Source of the DNA: a bacterium
Lineage (GTDB): Bacteria; Electryoneota; Electryoneia; Electryoneales; Electryoneaceae
Length of the DNA stretch: 64,000 bases
Assembly (NCBI GenBank): GCA_963669175.1
Contig: OY769902.1
Coordinates: 1-64,000, forward strand
Reading direction: 5' to 3'
Shown: positions 29,749 to 39,758 of the stretch, in pieces
Layout: each line of letters opens with the position of its first letter
Numbering within the stretch: the first letter of the stretch is position 1
Notes under the pieces: model-generated
Database searches by the model: none
What the model saw: the letters and a program-made list of their open reading frames with translations, nothing else
What the model was told of the DNA's origin: nothing
Translations under genes and position numbers: made by a program

Positions 29749-31065
29749 ATGGTAAACGTCACAAAGCTGCTTTCAGCATTTGAAGGCAAGAGTGCTCGCA
29801 TCGGCGTGATCGGCATGGGCTATGTTGGATACCCCATGGCGGTACTGGCTGCGCAAAAGGGATATACGGTCGTTGGTATTGAAGTCAACGAAAAGCGTGT
29901 TGATCAGATTAACCAGGGTATCAGCTATATTCAGGATGTCAAATCTGAAGAAGTAAAAACTCTCGTCGAAAATGGGAAACTGAGTGGCACAACAGAATAC
30001 TCTGTTGTGAAAGACCTTGACGTCGTTCTGATTACAGTGCCAACTCCCTTGAACAAGACGGGCGATCCCGATATGGGATTCGTCATTCAGGCAGCGGATC
30101 AGATGCAGGAATTCCTGCACCCCAGCATGATCATCTCCCTGGAAAGCACCACCTATCCGGGCTCAACGGAAGAAATCCTGTCCAAGGCAGTCACTGATGC
30201 CGGGTATGTGCCGGGTGAAGACATTTTCATCGCCTTCAGTCCGGAACGTGTCGATCCGGGGAACAAGGTCTACCAGACCGAGAACACCCCGAAGGTTGTC
30301 GGCGGTATGACGGCAAATTGCAGCGAAGTTGCTACAGCGCTGTATTCCACTCTAGTCAAGCATGTAATCCCGGTATCCTCAACAACAGCCGCCGAAATGG
30401 TCAAGCTGTATGAGAATACTTTCCGGGCGATCAACATCGGCCTCGTCAACGAGCTGGCGATCATCTGCAACCTGCTGAAGATCGATGTCTGGGAAATCGT
30501 GGAAGCCGCATCGACCAAGCCGTTTGGATTCATGCCCTTCTTCCCCGGTCCGGGCCTCGGCGGTCACTGTATCCCGATCGATCCCAGCTACCTTGCATGG
30601 AAAATGAAATCCCTGCAGTACAAGACCCGTTTCATCGACCTGGCGACGGAAATCAACACCGGTATGCCGGTCTGGGTGATCAACCGTGTCGCCACATTGT
30701 TGAACGAGATCGAGAAATCGGTCAAGGGATCAAAGATTATGATCCTGGGGCTTGCGTACAAGGCTGACATCGATGACTTGCGTGAATCGCCCGCTCTGGA
30801 TGTCTTCCGTCTGCTGGAAGAAAAGGGCGCTACGGTCGTCTATCATGATCCCTATTGCCCGCAGGCACATATTGGCAAGCAGACGCATCATTCTCTCGAA
30901 TTGACCGATGAGACTATCCGCGAACAGGACCTGGTGATCATTACAACCGGGCATTCTACTGTCGATTACCACAACGTGCTTTCCAAGGCAAATATGGTCT
31001 TTGATACCAGGAACATCACCCGTAAGATCGCTGAAAAATACGATGGCAAGGTGCGTTTCCTGTAA
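29749..31065 (+). CDS. Nucleotide sugar dehydrogenase (UDP-GlcNAc 6-dehydrogenase, WbpA-like)
   Basis: GMGYVG, VPTPL, ESTTYPG, SPERVDPGN, KLYENTFR and GGHCIPIDP motifs. Confidence 0.95.
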   Translation: MVNVTKLLSAFEGKSARIGVIGMGYVGYPMAVLAAQKGYTVVGIEVNEKRVDQINQGISYIQDVKSEEVKTLVENGKLSGTTEYSVVKDLDVVLITVPTPLNKTGDPDMGFVIQAADQMQEFLHPSMIISLESTTYPGSTEEILSKAVTDAGYVPGEDIFIAFSPERVDPGNKVYQTENTPKVVGGMTANCSEVATALYSTLVKHVIPVSSTTAAEMVKLYENTFRAINIGLVNELAIICNLLKIDVWEIVEAASTKPFGFMPFFPGPGLGGHCIPIDPSYLAWKMKSLQYKTRFIDLATEINTGMPVWVINRVATLLNEIEKSVKGSKIMILGLAYKADIDDLRESPALDVFRLLEEKGATVVYHDPYCPQAHIGKQTHHSLELTDETIREQDLVIITTGHSTVDYHNVLSKANMVFDTRNITRKIAEKYDGKVRFL

Positions 31066-31090
31066 GAACATCCTGCACGAAAAACATCTC

Positions 31091-31124
31091 AGGGCCGCTT
31101 CCACTCTCCGGAAGCGGCCCTTTT
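31091..31124 (+). terminator. Rho-independent terminator
   Basis: agggccgcttcc-actctcc-ggaagcggccct followed by T-tract. Confidence 0.8.
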
Positions 31125-31244
31125 ATGCTCATCAGTATTCCAATAAATAGTAAGAAGTTGCAAGTTTGATTTGACGTACGCCTGAATCTTGATCTATTTT
31201 AAATATTGTTCACCAGCCGGAAAACAAAGCAAGTGGGGTGGCAC

Positions 31245-34200
31245 ATGAAGAAGCTGCATTTATTCTGGTTCATCATTGTACTGCTGACCGCAGGTCTTGC
31301 ACACGCCACAGTGATTGACATCATCGAAGGTCCGAGTGATCAGTACGGGTTATGCTTTGATGGCGAATATCTGTGGGTTGGGTCAAGCAATGACGACAAT
31401 TCAACAACCGCATTCTACAAGGTTGATCCCGAGGATGGCAGTATCCTGAACACGTATCCTATTCATGGAGACGAAATACGTGGTATTGCCTACGATGGCG
31501 AGTACCTGTATCTCTACTCCTGGGATTTTGGGGCCAACAATACCGACTATATTTACACAGTAGACCCATCCGACGGTTCACGAGTGGACTCGGTTGAAGG
31601 TCCGTGGACATCCAACGATTATTGCGGCGGGATGACCTATTACGATGGTTATCTCTACATTTCGCGCTACTATCCCGATGACCCGACGCAAATCCACAAA
31701 GTCAGCATCGAAACCGGTGAATCGGTCAGTACCATCCCCTCCCCATGCACACAGCCTCAGGGTGTTGCCCATGATGACACGTCGCTGTGGGTTGTCGGGG
31801 ATGACTTCAACAACGAAGATGCCCTGCTGTACCATATCGACCCGGATGACGGCGCCCTTTTCGACGACTACTGGGCGATCAGCGAGGATCAGGGCGGTAC
31901 GGTGAACCCGCGCGGCCTCACCATGACCGATGATGGCATGCTATGGATGGCGGCCAACTGGACTGATGCCCAGACAGGACGCGGGCTGTACCTTATCGTT
32001 CCTGGTGACAACCAGCCAATCATCTCGGTAAGTGTTGAAGAAATCGATTTCGGGTATACCGTTCTGGAAGAAACCGCTGAAATCGAGTTTATTATCGAAA
32101 ACATTGGCACCGTTGACCTGGTTCTGGACAGCGCCATATTCGACGAGCACTTCGACTATGAACTTGATCCACAGAACCCGGTGATCGCGCCTGATGGCCA
32201 GGTTACCGTGATCGCCTCCTTCACACCGGATGAATTCGGCCTGGAGACCACTACGGCAACTATCTACTCTAACGACCCGATTCATCCGGCAGTGGATATC
32301 TTCGCCCAGGGCTTTGGCGTCTACTCCATCTCCGGACCAGAAGCGGTTTCTACCATTGTGGACTTTGGATCGGTCTGGATACCGCATGAGCTGAACGGCA
32401 TCGCATCCGATACCATCACGATTTACAACCCCGGCATGGATGATCTTATCCTGGAATCCATGACTTTTGTCGGAGAAGACGGTTTTTCTGCAGAAGACAT
32501 TACCCCATACACTCTTGCAGTCATGGAAACAGTACAGGTTGCCATTTTCTTCCAGCCAACCCTCGATTCGGATTATGAATGTACCCTCGAATTCACCAAC
32601 GACAATACCGATGATATCCTGACATTCTTCCTGTCCGGACATGGTTCCCTGTTCACACAGGATTTCGGCAATCCGTTCTGGTTTGGTCATATCCAGGATT
32701 CCCCCAAAGTGACCGCGGTTGAACCCTTCGGCGATATCAACGGAGATGGCATCCGTGAGATTCTGGTCACGCACGATGATGCCAAATCGGTGTGTATTGA
32801 TGGCGCCTCTTCCGGTCACCCGATCATCTACTGGACCTTTGACACCGGAACCAACAACTACAACACCGGCTATCCCCTGACAGAACGTGATGTTCTGGCT
32901 GCGGGCGATTTGAACGGCGATGAGATAAACGATGTGGTCATCGGTTGTGGTGGCGGCAATGAACATGTCTATGCGTTGAACGGCCTTGACGGCAGTATCA
33001 TCTGGTCTTTCGGGGATGATGAAGACTGGGATCTGGGCGATATCAACGAAGTCTGCCTGCATGTGGACATCACTGGAGATGGAGTCAGGGAAATTCTCGC
33101 GGCGGCAGGTGACAACTCCAGTGGTGATGGACGCCGTTCCGTGTATTGCTTCAACGGCGCAACCGGAGCGCTCGAATGGATGTATGAAACGGGAGGAAGC
33201 GCCTATTCCGTATGCTCAATCTGGGACATTAACGGTGATACGGTGAACGATGTTGTTGGCGTAAACGGTGGTGATACGAACCATCTGCTGGCCATTATTG
33301 ACGGCGCCAACGGGACCGGCATCACTTCCTTCGATCCGGGCGGCCCGATATGGCAGGTGCTTTTCGCTGGCGACCTGACGGACGATGTCATCCCGGACAT
33401 CATCACCGCAGATTTTTATGACGGTATAACGGCCCGCAGTGGAGCTACCGGGGAAATCCTCTGGCAGTATACAACGGGCAGTCTTTTTACAGAGGTCGAG
33501 TTGATCGGTGATGTCAACCGAGATGCTTATTACGACTTTGCCATTGTCAATTTGACCGAAACAATACCTTTGCTTGACGGTTGCACCGGCGAAGTCATGT
33601 GGACATTTACCGCAGGTGATAACATCCTGGATGTGGAATTTTCACCGGATCTGGATAACGACCTGCTCCCGGATGTCCTGTTGACTTCACTCGACGGCAC
33701 CGTGCGTGCAGCTTCAGGCGCTGATGGAACCGAGATATTCATGATGACACCGGGCAACGGCGCTGTGGAAGTGGTTCACTCCATGGATGATATCGACAAT
33801 AACCGTAGTCCTGAGATTCTATTCGGTACTCGTAACGGCGATATCGCCTGCATCAGTGGCGGCGATTTGATCGAGGATTACCCGATCATTGCACATAATC
33901 CCGGGTACATCGAGCTCTATTTCTATGCTCATCATGGCGATTTCATCCTAGAAGAAACCCCGGACACCGTGTACAACGTCGGCACAGACACCCTGTTCCT
34001 GAGCATCGAAGATATTGTCTGGACAACCGGTTATATAGATCCGGATTACATGACTCCATCCGTTACCGATTCCATCCCTCCGGGCGGTTCAGGACTTGTC
34101 GCTCTGAACATCACAGATGAGTTTGAAGGAGATGGCATCATCGGGTATGTTCTGCTCACGACCAATGCTCCGGGCACGGAATCCGATACCGTCTGGATTG

Positions 34201-34520
34201 ATGCGATTTGGGCAGTGGACGAGGATAAGAGATTTCTACCCGACGAATACGCCTTGAAGGCCCCTTACCCGAACCCGTTCAACTCTACGGTTCGCATCGG
34301 GTACACCCTGCCTGAAACGGCAGATATCTCCATGCGGGTCTATGATGTCCTGGGACGGGAAGTTGTTCAACTGGCAACCGGGTTAAAACAGGCTGGCAGG
34401 TATGAACTTGCCTGGAATGGTCGGTCAGCGTCCGGTTCACCTGTCGCAAGTGGGATTTACTTCGTGCAGATGAAAGCCGGAGGCCATTCGTTCATTCAGC
34501 AGGTGCATTTAATCAAGTAA
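31245..34520 (+). CDS. Large secreted protein: beta-propeller, Ig-like (choice-of-anchor D) domains, FG-GAP/PQQ-like repeats, FlgD/T9SS CTD
   Basis: GIAYDGEYL repeats; IDFG...IENIGTVDL...SNDP; GDINGDG/GDLNGD repeats; PYPNPFN...ASGIYFV. Confidence 0.85.
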   Translation: MKKLHLFWFIIVLLTAGLAHATVIDIIEGPSDQYGLCFDGEYLWVGSSNDDNSTTAFYKVDPEDGSILNTYPIHGDEIRGIAYDGEYLYLYSWDFGANNTDYIYTVDPSDGSRVDSVEGPWTSNDYCGGMTYYDGYLYISRYYPDDPTQIHKVSIETGESVSTIPSPCTQPQGVAHDDTSLWVVGDDFNNEDALLYHIDPDDGALFDDYWAISEDQGGTVNPRGLTMTDDGMLWMAANWTDAQTGRGLYLIVPGDNQPIISVSVEEIDFGYTVLEETAEIEFIIENIGTVDLVLDSAIFDEHFDYELDPQNPVIAPDGQVTVIASFTPDEFGLETTTATIYSNDPIHPAVDIFAQGFGVYSISGPEAVSTIVDFGSVWIPHELNGIASDTITIYNPGMDDLILESMTFVGEDGFSAEDITPYTLAVMETVQVAIFFQPTLDSDYECTLEFTNDNTDDILTFFLSGHGSLFTQDFGNPFWFGHIQDSPKVTAVEPFGDINGDGIREILVTHDDAKSVCIDGASSGHPIIYWTFDTGTNNYNTGYPLTERDVLAAGDLNGDEINDVVIGCGGGNEHVYALNGLDGSIIWSFGDDEDWDLGDINEVCLHVDITGDGVREILAAAGDNSSGDGRRSVYCFNGATGALEWMYETGGSAYSVCSIWDINGDTVNDVVGVNGGDTNHLLAIIDGANGTGITSFDPGGPIWQVLFAGDLTDDVIPDIITADFYDGITARSGATGEILWQYTTGSLFTEVELIGDVNRDAYYDFAIVNLTETIPLLDGCTGEVMWTFTAGDNILDVEFSPDLDNDLLPDVLLTSLDGTVRAASGADGTEIFMMTPGNGAVEVVHSMDDIDNNRSPEILFGTRNGDIACISGGDLIEDYPIIAHNPGYIELYFYAHHGDFILEETPDTVYNVGTDTLFLSIEDIVWTTGYIDPDYMTPSVTDSIPPGGSGLVALNITDEFEGDGIIGYVLLTTNAPGTESDTVWIDAIWAVDEDKRFLPDEYALKAPYPNPFNSTVRIGYTLPETADISMRVYDVLGREVVQLATGLKQAGRYELAWNGRSASGSPVASGIYFVQMKAGGHSFIQQVHLIK

Positions 34521-34682
34521 AACTCTGATTTACAGGATGGACAAGATGATGAATGACAAACAGGATAAAAAGTGCTTAACAGGATGATAGGATGATAGGA
34601 TATCAAGGATAACAAAAATGATTCCTTTTTTATAATAGTCTTGTAATTTTTTCTTTGCGTCTTTGCGTCTTGGCGTGAAACA
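34521..34682 (+). repeat. GGAT-periodic 3' element, copy 5, plus CTTTGCGT octamer repeats
   Basis: actctgatttacaggatggacaagatga...gcttaacaggatgataggatgataggatatcaaggat matches the reverse complement of copies 1-4. Confidence 0.8.
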
Positions 34683-34683
34683 T

Positions 34684-34718
34684 AAAAAACACGCGCAACC
34701 GATTCCGGTTGCGCGTGT
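34684..34718 (-). terminator. Rho-independent terminator of prxU
   Basis: acacgcgcaacc-gattcc-ggttgcgcgtgt with an A-tract on its left side. Confidence 0.75.
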
Positions 34719-34742
34719 CAGGTCGTTGTGTTCAGAGGAATG

Positions 34743-35453
34743 TTATTCGAAAGCCATCTCGGGCTTCCATTCTTTCCAGACTTCCCCGGCAAGGTTGAAC
34801 CCAGGTTTCAGGGTCGGTTTTCCGGGCGTCCATCCGGATGGGGTGACTTCTCCGGTAGCCACTACATGCTGGAAGGCCTTCACCTGGCGGATCAGTTCGG
34901 ACACATTCCGTCCGACCTCCGGCGTGAGCACTTCCATGGCACGGATGTTGAAGTCAGGGTCAATGATGAAGCGTCCACGGATATCCACTCCTGCCGCTTC
35001 TTCATACACCCCGTAGGCTTTTCCGATCGCACCTCCGGCGTCGGACAACATGGGAAATGGCACCCCACCCTCGATCATTTTCGAGAGCTCTTCGTTTTGC
35101 CAGATCTTGTGGGTAAACTTGGAATCGGTACTGGCCGCCAGGACCACAACTCCCAGCTCTTCCAGTTCCTTATGCTTGGCCGCGACCGCGGTCAACTCGG
35201 TGGGTCAAACGAAGGTAAAGTCACCGGGATAGAAACAAAGTACTATCCACTTCCCTTTGTAATCGGACAACTTCACGTTTACGAAGTTGTTCTGATAAAA
35301 TGCTCCGGCCTCAAAATCCGGAGCAGGACGACCTACTCGTGCAGTCATCACTCCTCCTCCTGTCTTCTTTTCTTCCGCAACCGCCTCTTCCGGTTGCTCG
35401 GCATCCTCGCCCAGCACTCCTGCTGCCGGCGAGACACACCCTTCATCAGCCAT
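34743..35453 (-). CDS. prxU: Selenocysteine-containing peroxiredoxin (AhpC/Prx family); in-frame UGA at 35207-35205
   Basis: [16 protein letters not shown] places UGA at the peroxidatic Cys of FTFVCPTE. Both halves are in one frame; GGAGGAGG RBS; hairpin after the UGA. Confidence 0.93.
35176..35195 (-). promoter_or_regulatory. Putative bacterial SECIS hairpin
   Basis: mRNA UUGACCGC-GGUC-GCGGCCAA starts 9 nt after the UGA. Confidence 0.65.
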
Positions 35454-35673
35454 GATTCCTCCTCCTCTGTTTTCAACGACCATCTTACCATGTTCGGTAG
35501 ATTCAAGAAGATACGAAGTTAGGCAAGGTCAAAAAACAGAAGGATGTTCTCAAAAGGACAAAGGCGAGAAAAAGAAGTTCAGCGATGTGCTCACAAATTG
35601 AAATAAAGCTTTGAAAACCCCAGGATAATCTTAAAAAGTCCATTCCGAGGAGGTGAGGAGTTTTCCTTTTCTT

Positions 35674-36423
35674 TCAGTTAATTCTATAGACTCGTTCACC
35701 CGTGGGATGATAACAATACTGCACATCCCACGAAGTTCCATCTTCAAAATTCCCTGTCCACTCTGGCCACATGCTGGTATTGAAAACAAACTGAATAGAA
35801 TCCTGCGCTAATTCAGGGACGTACCAATGGAGGTGCCTGCTACTTGTAATCGAACGACTCGCAAGGCATTGGGCAAAATCAGAATTTGAATAAATGTAAA
35901 CACAAATTGCCCCATTTAACGGCGATCCAATTGAAAGATCTATCTGTTGATCAGTGTCCAGGGTTGCGGTATCCGGCAATCCAAGAATCTGCATAGGCGA
36001 TCTTACAAAGATTTCACCGTCAACAACCAGTGAATCACCTAATTCCGCTATCACTGCCGTTATAGTATCAGGAGTAAAACTGTCGAGTTGAAAAATAAAG
36101 GTTGAATCTTCGGTAAAATCTGGTTGAATCACGCCTCCGATAGATACAGTTACATCTGTTAGCGCCCTCGATGAGTAAGATATCCCTGATATGTAAGGAT
36201 TAGTTAAATCATAAAATAAGACTTTCACTTCAGCGTGGACTGGGATGACAGGATCAACACATGCTATAGTTTCATATATTCTCACCCTCATTCGCACATA
36301 CCATTCACCATTTTCAGCATCAATATCTGTTGCAGTAACCTCTTCTTTATCAGTACAACTAACGCAAAAAGAACATATAAGACAAAGAACCAGAGTGCAA
36401 GATAGTACGTTTCGTTGTCCCAC
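35674..36423 (-). CDS. Putative lipoprotein, unknown function
   Basis: Hydrophobic leader ending CVSC-TDKEE; GGAGG RBS. Confidence 0.7.
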   Translation of the reverse strand: MGQRNVLSCTLVLCLICSFCVSCTDKEEVTATDIDAENGEWYVRMRVRIYETIACVDPVIPVHAEVKVLFYDLTNPYISGISYSSRALTDVTVSIGGVIQPDFTEDSTFIFQLDSFTPDTITAVIAELGDSLVVDGEIFVRSPMQILGLPDTATLDTDQQIDLSIGSPLNGAICVYIYSNSDFAQCLASRSITSSRHLHWYVPELAQDSIQFVFNTSMWPEWTGNFEDGTSWDVQYCYHPTGERVYRIN

Positions 36424-36464
36424 AATGAAAATCCTCCCCGTTTTGAAATATTCGCTTCTTCAGG

Positions 36465-37247
36465 TCACTGAATCGTGACTTCACTATTACATTTCAGGTT
36501 TCGCGTGTAGGTGCTGAAGGTATTCCCGGAAGGTGGATATTCCGTAGTTGAATACATAACGAGATAGTTCACATCAGAATTCAGGTATATTCGATCTTTA
36601 GCGCTTTCCGGAACATACCAGTAAAAATGTTGACCTGGCTTTAGCCAGGTGCTGGTCAACTCTTGTGCATTATAGCGCCCCTCATTGCGAATCGAAAGGT
36701 GTAAACTGCTAAAGAATGAATCCGCCTGATAGAACAAATCAACATTTTCACCGCGGTTCCAAGTCGCATCTTCAGGCAACCCGATGAGACTGGGACATCG
36801 TGGTGTTCGAAGAGTATCAATCAGGAAAATGGTATCGCCCAGTGAAGCTTGAACAATGAGAGAATCGGGGTATTCAAATGAGGAAAATTGCAGATAGTAG
36901 CAATCACGCTCATCTGAATAAGGAATAAGAGAATCACCATAGTAAACAATAGCATCATTTATTTTTTGCAGAATAATAATATGATCTACCCATGGTTCGC
37001 TTTCATCCCAATAAAGGACTCCCTGCTTCACAATTTTGAAGGTCAGTAAGGGTGGCACAGCATTAGGGCTGTTCTCTATATAGAAATCTCCGTGTGAATA
37101 AAGTTGATAGAATTCATGTATAATATCATCAGGGTTATACCCCAGAGTATCGCCTGGAGTGCTTGTGAACGAATCATCATCTTCTCCGCATCCTGTAACT
37201 AACCAAAGAGACAAGATCGCGAGGAAGAGTATTCCCTGGACGCGCAT
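36465..37247 (-). CDS. Putative lipoprotein (distant paralog of the neighbouring gene)
   Basis: Lipobox LVTGC; shares LGD..., GLPxxAT and HxxWYVPExAxDxI motifs with 35674-36423. Confidence 0.75.
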   Translation of the reverse strand: MRVQGILFLAILSLWLVTGCGEDDDSFTSTPGDTLGYNPDDIIHEFYQLYSHGDFYIENSPNAVPPLLTFKIVKQGVLYWDESEPWVDHIIILQKINDAIVYYGDSLIPYSDERDCYYLQFSSFEYPDSLIVQASLGDTIFLIDTLRTPRCPSLIGLPEDATWNRGENVDLFYQADSFFSSLHLSIRNEGRYNAQELTSTWLKPGQHFYWYVPESAKDRIYLNSDVNYLVMYSTTEYPPSGNTFSTYTRNLKCNSEVTIQ

Positions 37248-37442
37248 AATATCCTCCATAAAAACCTGAATACCTTGGCACAACCATTTCAAAATTCAAT
37301 ATACATCATTAAGCAAAGCTCCAACAAACGTAGCCCATACCTTTCATTCATCTTTCAACGGTAAGAAGACACGCGCAACCACTTCCGGCTACGCAACAGG
37401 ATGAGAATTTGTATTGCAGTATGGCGCTATTTTTTCAGGGAC

Positions 37443-37540
37443 GGGTGGCCAGATCCGCAAGAACAAATGCTTCCACTGTAATTGAGTCAAAAAACAATGA
37501 TGAAACATCTATTCTTGATGAGGTAGCGAGCGCATCGGGA
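37443..37540 (+). repeat. ~92-nt hairpin-ended element
   Basis: gggtgg-ccagatccgc...gagcgcatcggg. Confidence 0.75.
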
Positions 37541-37739
37541 CAAGTCTGGTTCTGGGCGCCTCAGTCAGAAAATTAAAGCTTTATCCCAGTCTTGATCATC
37601 TGTTATCCCAGCGGGATGTTTCACCGTCTACTGTACGCGGTGAAATGGCAGGAATACCAACAAACAAACCCGGCCTCAAAGAGAGGTCGGGCATAGATGT
37701 CTCAACAAATGCCGGCATAAGCATGCCGGTTGTGCAGGA

Positions 37740-38096
37740 CTATTGGCGCACTTTGTCCTTGATACGGGCAGCTTTACCGATCCGGTCACGGAGATAATAA
37801 ATCTTCGCGCGACGGACACGGCCTTCACGCAGCCGCTCGATCTTCGCAATGGACGGGGAATGCAGCGGGAACACACGCTCCACACCGATGCCGCCCGAAA
37901 CTTTACGGACTGTGAACGCCGCGTTGGAGGTCTTGCCACCCTTGCGGGAGATTACCGTACCACGGAAAATCTGGATACGTTCTTTGCCGCCTTCAACAAT
38001 GCGCACATGCACATCTACCGTATCGCCAGGGCCGAATTCGGGGATATCGTCTTTCAGTTCCCTGCGGTCGAGTTCTTGAATAATCTGGTCCGACAT
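37740..38096 (-). CDS. rplS: 50S ribosomal protein L19
   Basis: [32 protein letters not shown] and [10 protein letters not shown] motifs. Confidence 0.99.
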   Translation of the reverse strand: MSDQIIQELDRRELKDDIPEFGPGDTVDVHVRIVEGGKERIQIFRGTVISRKGGKTSNAAFTVRKVSGGIGVERVFPLHSPSIAKIERLREGRVRRAKIYYLRDRIGKAARIKDKVRQ

Positions 38097-38205
38097 GACT
38101 ACACCGTTATGTTTATGCTTTCGTAGAACGTGCCAATGTATGGAAACGAATACCGTTATGCCACTGTTTTCTCAAAACGAGAGCCTCGTCCGCTCTCTAT
38201 GTCCA

Positions 38206-38907
38206 TCACTTTTGTGCTTTTAACCATGATTCATACAAATCCGGTCGAAGCTCTTTCGTGCGCTCAAGTGCCTGTTGCTGCCGCCACTCATCAATTTTCG
38301 CGTGATGACCGCTGACTAATACATCCGGAACAGACCGCCCTTCCCATTCCTGGGGCTGGGTGTAGTGCGGATGATCCAGCAGGCCACGGGTGAAACTGTC
38401 GCCTTCCGCTGATTCAAAATCGTGCAGCACACCCGGAAGCAGTCGCACCACGGCATCCGCAATCACCACCGCAGCAGGTTCACCACCAGTCAGGATATAA
38501 TCCCCGATGCTGATCTCCATGTCCACCAGGGAATCAATCGCTCGCTGATCCAGCCCCTTGTAATGGCCGCAAAGGATCACCAGGCGTTCTTCACGTGCCA
38601 GGGTTTCGGCCAGATTTTGGTCCAGCTTGCGTCCCTGTGGGCTGGTATACAGCACCTTGGGTTCCGGCTGGGGGTGACGGTCCTTCAAAGAACGCAGTGC
38701 ATCAGCGACAGGCTGCGCTTTCAGCACCATGCCGGGACCACCGCCGAATGGCTTGTCGTCCACGGTTTTATGTTTATCCGTCGCAAAATCACGAAGGTTG
38801 ATCACTTCGATTTCCGCGACACCGAACCGCTGAGCTCGCGCCAGCATGGATTCGTTCAACATCATTCGTACACCATCGGGAAAGAGCGTCACGATCTCGA
38901 TCCGCAT
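38206..38907 (-). CDS. trmD: tRNA (guanine-N1)-methyltransferase
   Basis: VDDKPFGGGPGMV, SIGDYILTGGE and LDHPHYT motifs. Confidence 0.99.
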   Translation of the reverse strand: MRIEIVTLFPDGVRMMLNESMLARAQRFGVAEIEVINLRDFATDKHKTVDDKPFGGGPGMVLKAQPVADALRSLKDRHPQPEPKVLYTSPQGRKLDQNLAETLAREERLVILCGHYKGLDQRAIDSLVDMEISIGDYILTGGEPAAVVIADAVVRLLPGVLHDFESAEGDSFTRGLLDHPHYTQPQEWEGRSVPDVLVSGHHAKIDEWRQQQALERTKELRPDLYESWLKAQK

Positions 38908-38941
38908 AGTTCCCTCCGTAGTACGCTTCCCGGTTCGATGA

Positions 38942-39496
38942 TCAGGCCGAACCTTCTTCAGTCTCGTTGATCAGGCCGTCCGGAAGATCCACATTGATGA
39001 TACGGTTTTCGAGATCCATCTCAACGATGAATTCAATAACCGCGGGAATCAGCACTTCGCCAAACGGGCCGTCAACCTGCCAGATATCCTGAGCTGCCTG
39101 GTCAATTACCCCGGTAACGGTTCCCAGTTCGCCATGTGTCTCATCCACAATTTTGCATCCGACCAGGTCATCGATGTAATACATGTCATCGAACAACTCG
39201 AGTCGCTGGGAATCGTCAATGAACACCTCGCCGCCGACCAGTTTTTCCGCCAGTTCGCGAAGTGGCGCTTCCTTAAATCGAACGTAGACAGCCTGACCTT
39301 CAATCCGCATCCGCTTGAACGTGTAAAACTGCGGTTCCTGTCCGGTCATCTCAACCCAGACACCGTCCAGTTCTTCGAACCGGTAGACGTCCCAGGTCAT
39401 GGGGGCGATTTTCAGGTCGCCACGCAGCCCTCTTACCTTCGCGATCAGTCCGATCTGCAAGCGGCGTGAGGGAGGAGGACAGATTGGATCAGCCAT
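38942..39496 (-). CDS. rimM: Ribosome maturation factor RimM
   Basis: GLRGDLK, YYIDDLVG and VLIPAV motifs; conserved synteny. Confidence 0.97.
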   Translation of the reverse strand: MADPICPPPSRRLQIGLIAKVRGLRGDLKIAPMTWDVYRFEELDGVWVEMTGQEPQFYTFKRMRIEGQAVYVRFKEAPLRELAEKLVGGEVFIDDSQRLELFDDMYYIDDLVGCKIVDETHGELGTVTGVIDQAAQDIWQVDGPFGEVLIPAVIEFIVEMDLENRIINVDLPDGLINETEEGSA

Positions 39497-39752
39497 CTTT
39501 TTCCGATTTCACCAAGTCAAGGGTGACCTTTTTACCGCGCCGTGCAGCCGTTGCAATAGCAATCTGACGAATAGCCTGAATAATACGGCCATCCTTGCCG
39601 ATTACCCTGCCTTCGTCACCAGCAGCCACGTACAAGCTGATACGAATTTTATCACCGGTAACATCAGCGTCCGCACTGACTTCTTCAGGACGGTCCACCA
39701 GATGCTTGGCAATAAAATCGACCAGGTCAGCCAACAGCTCGGCGTCAACCAT
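39489..39752 (-). CDS. khpA: KH-domain RNA-binding protein KhpA
   Basis: LVDRPEEV...GRVIGKDGRIIQAIR; lies between rpsP and rimM. Confidence 0.93.
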   Translation of the reverse strand: MVDAELLADLVDFIAKHLVDRPEEVSADADVTGDKIRISLYVAAGDEGRVIGKDGRIIQAIRQIAIATAARRGKKVTLDLVKSEKDG

Positions 39753-39758
39753 TGCGGT

